Assembly: GCA_029007015.1 (NCBI GenBank)
Contig: JAQXHB010000111.1
Span: forward strand, 1-52,857
From: Bacillota bacterium
GTDB lineage: Bacteria; Bacillota; Clostridia; Oscillospirales; Acutalibacteraceae
Direction of reading: 5' to 3'
DNA: 52,857 nt
Shown here: piece by piece, positions 8,826 to 16,697 of the stretch
Numbering within the stretch: position 1 is the stretch's first letter
How the letters are laid out: each line of letters begins with the position of its first letter
Translations under genes and position numbers: made by a program
Notes under the pieces: model-generated
Told to the model about the DNA's origin: nothing
The model's input: only the letters and a program-made list of their open reading frames with translations
The model's database searches: none

Positions 8826-9338
8826 TCAAATGGCCCTGCGGTGCTCGCGCTGTGACATCCACCGCAAAAGAAAGTAAAACGGCCATGTAAACAGCCACGA
8901 ATAGACCGCTCCTACCAGACTGAAACGCACGAGAAAAGCCGCCGCGTCGCCGGTCGATGGCAGTAGAAAAGCAAGCCAATATATGAAATAATATGCGGCA
9001 CATACCACTCCGCCCAGTACGGCGGCGGTGCGCGGTGCATTGTTGAACATCAGTTCAATCAGCAATGCCACCGCGACAGCCGCGACGGCAAAGAACAGTG
9101 TGTTAAAGCAAAAAAAGCGGCGCGAAAGTATGTCCATCAGCAGTCCTGCGAACAGACCGTATGCAAAGGCGGCCGCCTTGCTCTCGAACATGGCGATGAC
9201 CGTCACAAGCGGCAGCAGCGGCAGAGGACTCACGGCAAAAATGCGCGGCAGCAGACCGATGCCGCTCTGCAGCAGATAAACGGCCGCAAATATTATCGAC
9301 AGCACTATGTAATAGGTGTATCGGCGTCCGTCACGCAT
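8826..9338 (-). CDS. mreD: rod shape-determining protein MreD
   Basis: 170-aa polytopic membrane protein directly downstream of mreC. Confidence 0.8.
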   Translation of the reverse strand: MRDGRRYTYYIVLSIIFAAVYLLQSGIGLLPRIFAVSPLPLLPLVTVIAMFESKAAAFAYGLFAGLLMDILSRRFFCFNTLFFAVAAVAVALLIELMFNNAPRTAAVLGGVVCAAYYFIYWLAFLLPSTGDAAAFLVRFSLVGAVYSWLFTWPFYFLLRWMSQREHRRAI

Positions 9339-9363
9339 ACCGTTGCCTCCTTTTCATACTTTA

Positions 9364-10209
9364 TCAGCCGACCTGATTTTGCCCTGTGAACGAGGTGATG
9401 ACCATGACCTGTGACAATTTGGATATATCAGCCGCCGGCTTGACGGTGACATAGACGGTGATTTCGCCCTCGTTTTGACCGAGCGACTCGACCGTGCCGA
9501 CGGTCAGCCCTGCCGGGAACACCCCGCCGCCGGTCGTGACTACATAGTCACCGATGGCCACCGAGCAGTCGCGCGACAGTCTTTCCAAACGGCACACACC
9601 CTTTGCAACATCGTCCGCCGTTGATGAAATTATGCCGGAGTCTCCGGTGCGATTGTCGGCGGCGCCCACCTTGAGCGTGGGGTCAAACAGGGTGATGACC
9701 ACCGAGTATGTAGGCGCAACCGTGCCGACATACCCCACCAGTCCGTCAGAGGTGATAACCGGGTCGTGCGGACTTATCCCATCCAAACTGCCCGAACTGA
9801 TGGTGAAGGAACCGTACGGGTCGGACGCATCGCGTGCGACCACCGACGCCGGACACAACTCAAAGTCGGTGTTATTTTCTTTGATATTCAAATAGTCCTT
9901 ATAAAACTCATTCTCGCGCAGAGCCTGCTCGTATTCGAGTTGTTTGTCGCGCTGCTCGCTGAGTTGCTCGCGCAGTTCGGCATTCTCCCGCTCAAGTTGC
10001 TCATAATTGCCGTAGGCCGAAAAAAAGCGCGACACCGTCCGGCCGATGCCGGCAAGCCCACTTTGTATAGGCTCGACCACGCCGCCCAAGGCGGTGCCGA
10101 TGGGCGAACTCCAGCCGCCCATGGAGCCGATGACTGCGGTGATCACTATGACTGCGGCCAGCACGATAAGTATGACCCTGAAAAGGGTGCTCTTTAAAAA
10201 TTCTTTCAC
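9364..10209 (-). CDS. mreC: rod shape-determining protein MreC
   Basis: 281 aa; N-terminal TM, coiled-coil (ELREQLSEQRDKQLEYEQ), beta-rich C-terminal domain; synteny. Confidence 0.9.
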   Translation of the reverse strand: MKEFLKSTLFRVILIVLAAVIVITAVIGSMGGWSSPIGTALGGVVEPIQSGLAGIGRTVSRFFSAYGNYEQLERENAELREQLSEQRDKQLEYEQALRENEFYKDYLNIKENNTDFELCPASVVARDASDPYGSFTISSGSLDGISPHDPVITSDGLVGYVGTVAPTYSVVITLFDPTLKVGAADNRTGDSGIISSTADDVAKGVCRLERLSRDCSVAIGDYVVTTGGGVFPAGLTVGTVESLGQNEGEITVYVTVKPAADISKLSQVMVITSFTGQNQVG

Positions 10210-10233
10210 CTTTTAGTGTCCTTTCGGATTATA

Positions 10234-11247
10234 TCAATACTTTTTGCGGCGATAGTAGGTGTCAAACGGAAGTTGCGCCTCAAGCCGGCGCGCCGTACCC
10301 TCGACCACGCAGTCGAGCGGGTTGTCGGCAATGCGCACCGGTATGCCCGTCTCCTCTGCGATGAGCTTGTCCAGCCCGCGCAGCAGGGCGCCGCCGCCGG
10401 TCAGTACAATGCCGCGGTCAATGATATCGGCCGCCAGTTCAGGCGGAGTTTTTTCCAGCGTGCCGCGAATGGCGTCGATTATGCGGTGCAGCGGGTCGTT
10501 GAGCGCCTCTCTGACCTCGGCGGCGGTGATGGTGACATTCTTGGGCAGGCCGTCAACCAGATTGCGTCCCTTAATTTCCATACTGCCCTCGTCCTCGTAC
10601 TCATAAGCCGAGCCGATGTTTATTTTTATCTCCTCTGCGGTGCGCTCACCGATAAGCAGATTGTGCTTGCGCCGAATGTAGGTGATGATGGCCTCGTCAA
10701 GTTTGTCGCCGGCCACACGCACCGACTGCGAGGTAACGATGTCACCCAGCGATATGACGGCCACCTCACTGGTGCCGCCGCCGATATCGACCACCATACT
10801 GCCGGTCGCATCCCACACAGGCAGGTTGGCGCCCATTGCGGCGGCCAGCGGCTCCTCGATAAGGTCGACCTCGTTGCGCGCACCGGCGTGACGCACAGCA
10901 TCGTAAACGGCGCGGCTCTCAACCTCGGTCACGCCGTAGGGTATGCAGATGACTATGCGCGCGCGGGAGAACAGCGAGCCCTTGAGCGCATCCTTTATAA
11001 ACTTCTTAAGCATGGTAGCCGTGACCTCGAAGTCGGCAATAACGCCGTCCTTGAGCGGGCGCACGGCCACAATGGAGCCGGGCGTGCGGCCAATCATCTC
11101 CTTGGCCTCGGTGCCGACGGCGCGCACCGCCTGGGAGCGCACATCAACGGCAACCACCGACGGCTCACGCATTACTATGCCCTTGCCCTTGATGCAAACC
11201 AATGTGTTGGCGGTGCCCAAATCTATTCCTATATCGCGAGTAAACAT
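10234..11247 (-). CDS. mreB: rod shape-determining actin homologue MreB
   Basis: 337 aa; [35 protein letters not shown] actin/Hsp70-fold motifs. Confidence 0.97.
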   Translation of the reverse strand: MFTRDIGIDLGTANTLVCIKGKGIVMREPSVVAVDVRSQAVRAVGTEAKEMIGRTPGSIVAVRPLKDGVIADFEVTATMLKKFIKDALKGSLFSRARIVICIPYGVTEVESRAVYDAVRHAGARNEVDLIEEPLAAAMGANLPVWDATGSMVVDIGGGTSEVAVISLGDIVTSQSVRVAGDKLDEAIITYIRRKHNLLIGERTAEEIKINIGSAYEYEDEGSMEIKGRNLVDGLPKNVTITAAEVREALNDPLHRIIDAIRGTLEKTPPELAADIIDRGIVLTGGGALLRGLDKLIAEETGIPVRIADNPLDCVVEGTARRLEAQLPFDTYYRRKKY

Positions 11248-11346
11248 TACGCGTCCTCCTGATAGTTAATAATCATTATACATACAAACATTTTAACATT
11301 ATTATGCCAATTTAACAACACATAATTATCAAATAGTGCACATTTT

Positions 11347-11904
11347 TTATTGAGGGTACAGCCGACGCCAGACTTCGGCCGCCGGCAGACCCATTACAGT
11401 AAAGAAGTCGCCCTCTATGCGGCGCACCAGCACGCGGCCAAGCCCCTGAACGCCGTATGCGCCCGCTTTGTCCATCGACTCGCCCGACGCGATGTAGCGC
11501 TCTATCAGCCGGTCGGTAAGCGGGTAGAACTCAACCTCGGTACTGCACACAAAGACATCACGCACGCCGCCATTTATGATGCAAACGCCGGTATAAACGG
11601 TATGGGTGCGCGCCGACAGACGGTGAAGCATCTCGCGCGCCTCGTCCGCCGTGGCGGGCTTGCCCAGTATGCGGCCGTCTACGGCAACCACAGTGTCGGC
11701 GGCCAGCACGGTGCGGTCGGGGTATCTCTCGGCAACGGCGCAGGCTTTGCGCTCGGCCAGCATGGCGACAGCCCTGTCAGCCGATATGCCGTCAGGCAAA
11801 CTCTCGTCGGTCGGTCGGGTAATTACCTCAAATTCAACCCCCAGGTCGGCCAGTATCTCGGCGCGCCGCGGAGACGCCGACGCAAGTATCAGTCTGTCCA
11901 TCAT
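11347..11904 (-). CDS. maf: Maf-family nucleoside triphosphate pyrophosphatase (septum formation protein Maf)
   Basis: 185 aa; LILASASPRRAEIL, DKAGAYGVQG motifs. Confidence 0.9.
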   Translation of the reverse strand: MMDRLILASASPRRAEILADLGVEFEVITRPTDESLPDGISADRAVAMLAERKACAVAERYPDRTVLAADTVVAVDGRILGKPATADEAREMLHRLSARTHTVYTGVCIINGGVRDVFVCSTEVEFYPLTDRLIERYIASGESMDKAGAYGVQGLGRVLVRRIEGDFFTVMGLPAAEVWRRLYPQ

Positions 11905-13946
11905 TTGACCCCCCTATAATAAAGCCCGCGCGTGAAACTGCCGCCGCACTTATCCCCGCGCCGCCACTCACCGAGGATGCGGTCGCAGTCGGTGCGGCTT
12001 TCATCGGTGAAATAGAGCATCAAGCAGTCAACACCCGTTATCTCGCGGCGGCGGTCGGCCAACCAAAGCGGCTCGGCGTTGAGCAGTTCGGCCGTGCCGA
12101 AACGGCACATCACCGGCAGTACCGCCTGCTTGCGGTCAATCAACTGCCCCGTACAGGCCGAACATCCCACCTGCGCCCTGATGGGGCAAGCGCGCATGAG
12201 CATCAGCGGCAGTCGTCCATAGGCAATGATACAGTTATCGGACACATGTGCGTCAGCGATGTCTCTGAGCGTACTTTCAAAGGAGTGGGTTATGCGCCCG
12301 ACGCCCAGCCGACGCCATTCGGCCGCCGAATAGGAGTTGTATACATTAAGCCCGAAACCGCCATGCACCTTGAAACCCTCTGATTGTGCCAGACGGACGG
12401 CGGCAATGTTGTGGCAAAGGGCGGTGTCGATGCCGGCCTCTGCCGCGGCGCGCAACAGGCGGCTCAGCCTATCCTCAATGCCGAAAAGGCCACGCGGCAG
12501 TTCGGCGGCGACGGTTATGCCGTCACTGCGCAGTCGGTTTATCAGGCCGCCGTGAAGTTCAAAATCGGTCTCAAGCGGTATATACACCGTGTCGACTCCG
12601 AGCATATCAGGCGGTATCTGCGACACATCGGAGAAGCGCGCGGCGGTGGCGGGCGATGAACTGTGGGTGGCCTGCGGCAATGCCAAATCGGGCAAAACAA
12701 ACGGTGTGCCGCCTGCGGCGCGCAACTCATCAAGCCGTTGACAGGCAGAGCGGCGCAAGGCATTTATTTCGCCGGCCGGCATGGTGGCAACACCGTCGGT
12801 CTCGGCGTCAAATTTCTCCAAATAGTATGGCGTTGCGCCCAGTTTAGCGCACAATTCGCGTGCGCGCTCGGCGGTCAAAGGGCGCTCCTTGGCCGGCTCG
12901 GGCACGGCGCCGCTGACCGTTGCAGTGTGGTGACCGTCAGAGACGGTCAACTCGGTCGGGCGGCCGATGCAGACGGTCAGCCGCATATTCACCGCGACAC
13001 TTTGACGCTCGCGGCGGTATAACTCGTGAATGGCGTGCAAGGTACCGCCCGACACAGCGTCATCGGCAGTACGGTGGCCAAAGATAGTGATGTCGCGCTT
13101 GCCCTCAAAATAGCCGTCGGTATGGCCCGACCGCGAAAAGACCTCGCCCAGCCAATCGGCCGATTGACGGTCGATCACGTCGCAGTCGATGGCACTGCGA
13201 AAGGCCGACACAGCGGCGGCGACATATTCGGGCCGCTTCATACGGCCCTCAATCTTAAACGAGGCCACGCCCATGTCGTGCAGTTGCCTAATATGCGACA
13301 GCAGTGACATATCCTTGAGCGATAGAGGATGGGTGCCGTCGGCATATTCGAGGCGGCACGGCTGAGCGCACAGCCCGCGATTGCCGCTTCGTCCGCCGAG
13401 CAGGCCGCTTAAGTAACACTGGCCCGAAACGCACATGCACTGTGCGCCATGGACAAAAGCCTCAATCTCGATGCCGCACTCGCGTCCGACGCGGCACAAC
13501 TCGGCAATTTCCTCTTTGCTGCATTCGCGCGATACGACAACGCGGCAAAAGCCCATTTGCGCCAGCAGCGGCAGAGCCGACGGCGAATGAACCGACATTT
13601 GGGTGGAGGCATGCAGACGCACACCCGGACAGGCGCGGCGTATGAGCGATGCAAGCCCCACATCCTGCAATATAAATGCGTCAACGCCGGCATCGGCCGC
13701 CGCCTTGGCCGTGCTGAGCGCATCGGCCGTTTCGCGGTCGGATACCAGCGTATTAAGTGTCAGATAAACGCGCACACCGCGCACGCGGCAGTAGGCCACC
13801 GCCTCGCGCAGGGCGGCTGAGTCAAAGTTGTCGGCATTTCGTCTGGCGTTAAACCGGTCGGCGCCCAGATAGACTGCGTCGGCGCCGCTTCGCACAGCCG
13901 CGACAAGTGCTTCTTGCGAACCGACCGGTGCAAGCAACTCGCTCAT
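11901..13946 (-). CDS. U32 family peptidase-like protein (double-length, DUF3656-type)
   Basis: 681 aa; N-terminal ELLAPVGSQEALVAAVRSGADAVYLG and the Cys-rich GAQCMCVSGQCYLS...GLCAQPCR motif of family U32. 4-nt overlaps with zapA upstream and maf downstream. Confidence 0.88.
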   Translation of the reverse strand: MSELLAPVGSQEALVAAVRSGADAVYLGADRFNARRNADNFDSAALREAVAYCRVRGVRVYLTLNTLVSDRETADALSTAKAAADAGVDAFILQDVGLASLIRRACPGVRLHASTQMSVHSPSALPLLAQMGFCRVVVSRECSKEEIAELCRVGRECGIEIEAFVHGAQCMCVSGQCYLSGLLGGRSGNRGLCAQPCRLEYADGTHPLSLKDMSLLSHIRQLHDMGVASFKIEGRMKRPEYVAAAVSAFRSAIDCDVIDRQSADWLGEVFSRSGHTDGYFEGKRDITIFGHRTADDAVSGGTLHAIHELYRRERQSVAVNMRLTVCIGRPTELTVSDGHHTATVSGAVPEPAKERPLTAERARELCAKLGATPYYLEKFDAETDGVATMPAGEINALRRSACQRLDELRAAGGTPFVLPDLALPQATHSSSPATAARFSDVSQIPPDMLGVDTVYIPLETDFELHGGLINRLRSDGITVAAELPRGLFGIEDRLSRLLRAAAEAGIDTALCHNIAAVRLAQSEGFKVHGGFGLNVYNSYSAAEWRRLGVGRITHSFESTLRDIADAHVSDNCIIAYGRLPLMLMRACPIRAQVGCSACTGQLIDRKQAVLPVMCRFGTAELLNAEPLWLADRRREITGVDCLMLYFTDESRTDCDRILGEWRRGDKCGGSFTRGLYYRGVK

Positions 13947-14290
13947 CGGCCGCTCAACTTGGTGCGCAGACGGGTGTTTTCGCTCTCGAGCCGCTCTATC
14001 TCGCGGCGCGCATTGGCCAGGTTGAGTTCGGCCGCCGCAGTGTCGTCAACAGCCGCACGAAGCTGCCCGTTCAGCCGCTCGATTTCTGCCAGCGACCGCC
14101 TATAGGAGTCGGCGTAACCGAGAGCCGTCAGCACGCCGACCATGGTGGTTGACAAATATGGCTTTTCACATGACATCTTGGTCATTTTTTCGTCCAATTC
14201 GCGGCCGATGGCCTCAAAATATTCTTTGCCGTCGTCGGCCGTGATGTAGTAATCGTTACCGCCGATGTTCAGCCTGATTCTCTCGCTCAT
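13943..14290 (-). CDS. zapA: cell division protein ZapA
   Basis: 115 aa; the N-terminal globular part (LNIGGNDYYITADDGKEYFEAIGRELDEKM...PYLSTTMVGVLTAL) follows the ZapA pattern, with a C-terminal coiled coil. Confidence 0.8.
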   Translation of the reverse strand: MSERIRLNIGGNDYYITADDGKEYFEAIGRELDEKMTKMSCEKPYLSTTMVGVLTALGYADSYRRSLAEIERLNGQLRAAVDDTAAAELNLANARREIERLESENTRLRTKLSGR

Positions 14291-14519
14291 AATGCCACCT
14301 CATTTTGCTGTATCATTTACATATATAATATAACAAATCTGCCGTGAATTAAAGAGGCATTTGAAAATTTTTGTCGATTGTAGGCATGAAGTCCATAGTT
14401 ATCGGCAAATTGCACAAATATGAGCCGTTAATTACAGCAGATGTGTCATATTTTCTTTTCCCACTTGATAAATTACTGATTATGGTATAAAATTTAACAT
14501 GTAAAGGCGGTCTTATCTT

Positions 14520-15203
14520 ATGACTAATTACTTTGATGAAAATATCATGACGGTCGACCGATTGCTTGATACTTCTCACACCGTTGCTGCCCGTCTGTTT
14601 GAGGAATGTGTCTTTCCGTGGCAGGTGTTGCCGCAGATAGGGGCTTTTATTATCGAGATGGGCCCCACCCTTGACCGGGCGGTTTTTGATGAGGTGTCAC
14701 ACGGTGTGTGGATTGCTAAATCGGCCTCGGTTGCGCCGACCGCGTGCATTAACGGCCCGTGTATCATCGACGAGGGTGCCGAAATACGCCACGGCGCTTA
14801 CATACGCGGCAATGCGATTATCGGCAAGGGGGCCGTTGTCGGCAACTCAACCGAAATCAAGAACGCCGTCTTGTTTGACAAGGCGCAGGCACCGCACTAC
14901 AACTATGTCGGTGACTCGGTCTACGGCTACCGCGCGCACACCGGCGCCGGAGCCGTCACATCCAACCTCAAATCAGACAAGTCGCCGGTCACCGTCATAT
15001 GCGGCGGCCGCAGAGTGCCGACCGAACTGAAAAAGTTCGGCGCCATACTGGGCGACAATGTCGAGGTGGGGTGCAATTCGGTCCTGTGTCCCGGCACCGT
15101 AATCGGCCGCGAGACCACCATCTATCCGCTTTCACGCGTGCGCGGTTTTGTGCCCGAGCACCATATTTTCAAGGCGCCGGACGACATCGTCGAGAAGCGC
15201 TGA
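14520..15203 (+). CDS. left-handed beta-helix (hexapeptide-repeat) transferase family protein, GlmU-C-terminal-like
   Basis: 227 aa; repeated [LIV]-G-x-x-x-x hexapeptides (IGKGAVVGNSTEIKNAVL, VGCNSVLCPGTVIG). Confidence 0.7.
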   Translation: MTNYFDENIMTVDRLLDTSHTVAARLFEECVFPWQVLPQIGAFIIEMGPTLDRAVFDEVSHGVWIAKSASVAPTACINGPCIIDEGAEIRHGAYIRGNAIIGKGAVVGNSTEIKNAVLFDKAQAPHYNYVGDSVYGYRAHTGAGAVTSNLKSDKSPVTVICGGRRVPTELKKFGAILGDNVEVGCNSVLCPGTVIGRETTIYPLSRVRGFVPEHHIFKAPDDIVEKR

Positions 15204-15303
15204 CCAAGGTTAATAAGGTTAATTCTGTGTCTCAAATATGCCGCAGAGAGCAAAACACAGTTTAATATTTCCCGCGGCGGCTGCGGGTATGGAGGATTAA
15301 GAT

Positions 15304-16197
15304 ATGATTAAAAAAATTCTTGCTATCACTGCTGTTGTAACTGTTGCAACTACAATGCTTGCTTCGTGCGGCGGTAATTCCACATCGACGAGCAGCGGCA
15401 CATCTTCGACAGCATCGATAACTACATCCACTGTTGACAACACCAAGATTGAGTATGAGAAAATCGGTGAAGCGTCGGTCAGAAAGGATGAACCCGATTT
15501 GGGTTCAGACCCCTCTGCTGCTGTTCGCGTCATCAGTTTCACCCTGTCCAAGACCGAGTTGTCGCTTCACATCGGCAAAAAGGGCTCTGTTGAGTACACC
15601 ATCATGCCCGAAAAGGTGACCGACCCGTCAATTTACTGGCAGTCGGCCAACGAGAGCATTGCCAAGGTTGACAAGGACGGCAACATCCTCGGCGTAGGCG
15701 TAGGCATCACCACCGTTTCGGGCGAAACCACAGATGGCCGCATCAAAAAGACCATTACCGTTGCCGTATCGGAAAATGAGGGCAACAGCGAAAAGGTTGC
15801 CGAGATGGTCAAACTCATCAATGACTACCGCGTAGCAGAGGGCAAGACCGAGTTGAGTGCTGACAACATCAAACTCAACGGCATGGCCAACCACCGCATT
15901 TACGAGGAAGGCGTTGAATTTGTTACTTCCAAGTACAAGTCCCGTCCTGATGCTACCCGTCCCGACGGCAGTGCGCACGAGACCGTTTACAAGCAGTTTG
16001 ACCTGAGTTGGGCCAGACAGCTTGACTCGCTCGGCTATGTTTATGACAAGAAGTTGACCGCTGAAAACGCTTTCAAGACGATGACATCAAGCGACAGCGC
16101 CAAGGCCGTCATCTGCGGCAACTACGACTATGTCGGCGTCGGATACTACGAGAGAGACGGATACACCTTCTGGACCGTATGGTTCGTGGTTATCTAA
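15304..16197 (+). CDS. lipoprotein with Big_2 (bacterial Ig-like) and CAP/SCP-like domains
   Basis: Lipobox LASC at residues 19-22, then an S/T-rich linker. Big_2-like LSLHIGKKGSVEYTIMP...WQSANESIAKVDKDGNILGVGVGITTV. C-terminal CAP-like part (VKLINDYRV...GVGYY). GGAGG RBS. Confidence 0.7.
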   Translation: MIKKILAITAVVTVATTMLASCGGNSTSTSSGTSSTASITTSTVDNTKIEYEKIGEASVRKDEPDLGSDPSAAVRVISFTLSKTELSLHIGKKGSVEYTIMPEKVTDPSIYWQSANESIAKVDKDGNILGVGVGITTVSGETTDGRIKKTITVAVSENEGNSEKVAEMVKLINDYRVAEGKTELSADNIKLNGMANHRIYEEGVEFVTSKYKSRPDATRPDGSAHETVYKQFDLSWARQLDSLGYVYDKKLTAENAFKTMTSSDSAKAVICGNYDYVGVGYYERDGYTFWTVWFVVI

Positions 16198-16218
16198 TCT
16201 GACAGCATAATAACTTAC

Positions 16219-16254
16219 AGCCCCGATGAGCGCACCGCTTGTCGGGGCTTTGCT
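16219..16254 (+). terminator. terminator-like hairpin after the lipoprotein gene
   Basis: AGCCCCGA ... TCGGGGCT hairpin followed by a weak T tract. Confidence 0.5.
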
Positions 16255-16324
16255 GTGTGCCGATTAACCGACCGCCGCGTCTGTCAGGGCGGCGCGGCAG
16301 ACGGCAAAAATATTTGCAAAAATA

Positions 16325-16353
16325 TTGACAAGCAGGGCCGACTGTATTATGAT
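16325..16353 (+). promoter_or_regulatory. sigma-A promoter of the mgtE leader
   Basis: TTGACA - 17 nt - TATGAT immediately upstream of the M-box. Confidence 0.7.
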
Positions 16354-16364
16354 AAATATATATA

Positions 16365-16508
16365 TTCGGTAGGTAAGGCTACCGCAGGGATACGGACTGC
16401 TACCGCGAAGCAGTGGAGACACTGCAAGCCGGTCAACAGGCTATGTCGAAACCAAGGCATAATCTAACGCAGTTTCATCGCCCTGCGATGCTAAAGCCCG
16501 GACGGTGG
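16365..16508 (+). promoter_or_regulatory. M-box (ykoK) magnesium riboswitch aptamer
   Basis: GGUAGGUAAGGCU, GCUACCGCGAAGCAGUGGAGACAC, CCGGUCAACAGG, CCAAGGC and GAUGCUAAAGCCCGGACG match the conserved M-box blocks of the B. subtilis mgtE leader. Located upstream of mgtE. Confidence 0.85.
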
Positions 16509-16547
16509 CGCGCATTTTTGCGTGTAGTTTATTTGACAGCCATTATG

Positions 16548-16579
16548 CCGTGCCGATGTTTGGGCGCGGTTGTTTTTTT
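16548..16579 (+). terminator. expression-platform terminator of the M-box
   Basis: CCGTGCC / GGCGCGG stem (one G-U pair) followed by TTGTTTTTTT. Confidence 0.6.
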
Positions 16580-16591
16580 GGAGGTGAATTT

Positions 16592-16666
16592 ATGGATGTT
16601 CCCGGGAATAGTAAGAAAACAGTAAAAATAACGGCAGACGCTCGCGGAACATTCATGTTCCCTTAA
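16592..16666 (+). CDS. candidate 24-aa leader ORF (MDVPGNSKKTVKITADARGTFMFP) between the M-box terminator and mgtE
   Basis: GGAGG at 16580-16584, 7-nt spacer, ATG at 16592, TAA at 16664. No homology evidence is available. Confidence 0.3.
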   Translation: MDVPGNSKKTVKITADARGTFMFP

Positions 16667-16697
16667 GCGCCGCGCCGATTTGAACGGAGGCCGGCAA

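Noticed and set aside
10216-11262. Very long ORFs antisense to real genes. Examples: 10216-11262 opposite mreB, 38732-40126 opposite gpmI, 40572-42008 opposite thrS, 25449-26558 opposite mnmE, 3862-4815 opposite hisS, 5945-6757 opposite minD, 20914-21708 opposite soj, 42793-43563 opposite dapA, 49238-49819 opposite smpB.
   Set aside because: These are typical shadow ORFs of a GC3-rich genome. Their translations are low-complexity and Arg/Ala/Gly/His-rich with no motifs, and they lack RBSs. Each is fully explained by a well-supported gene on the other strand.
14349-14579. 76-aa ORF in the AT-rich zapA / LbH-transferase divergent spacer
   Set aside because: It has no RBS and its composition reflects AT-rich promoter DNA. 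It overlaps the start of the plus-strand gene. The spacer is better explained by divergent promoters, for example TTGATA...TATAAA at about 14464-14490.
15206-15223. Tandem direct repeat AAGGTTAAT x2
   Set aside because: Only two copies of 9 bp in a spacer, which is too short to call a repeat element or binding array.
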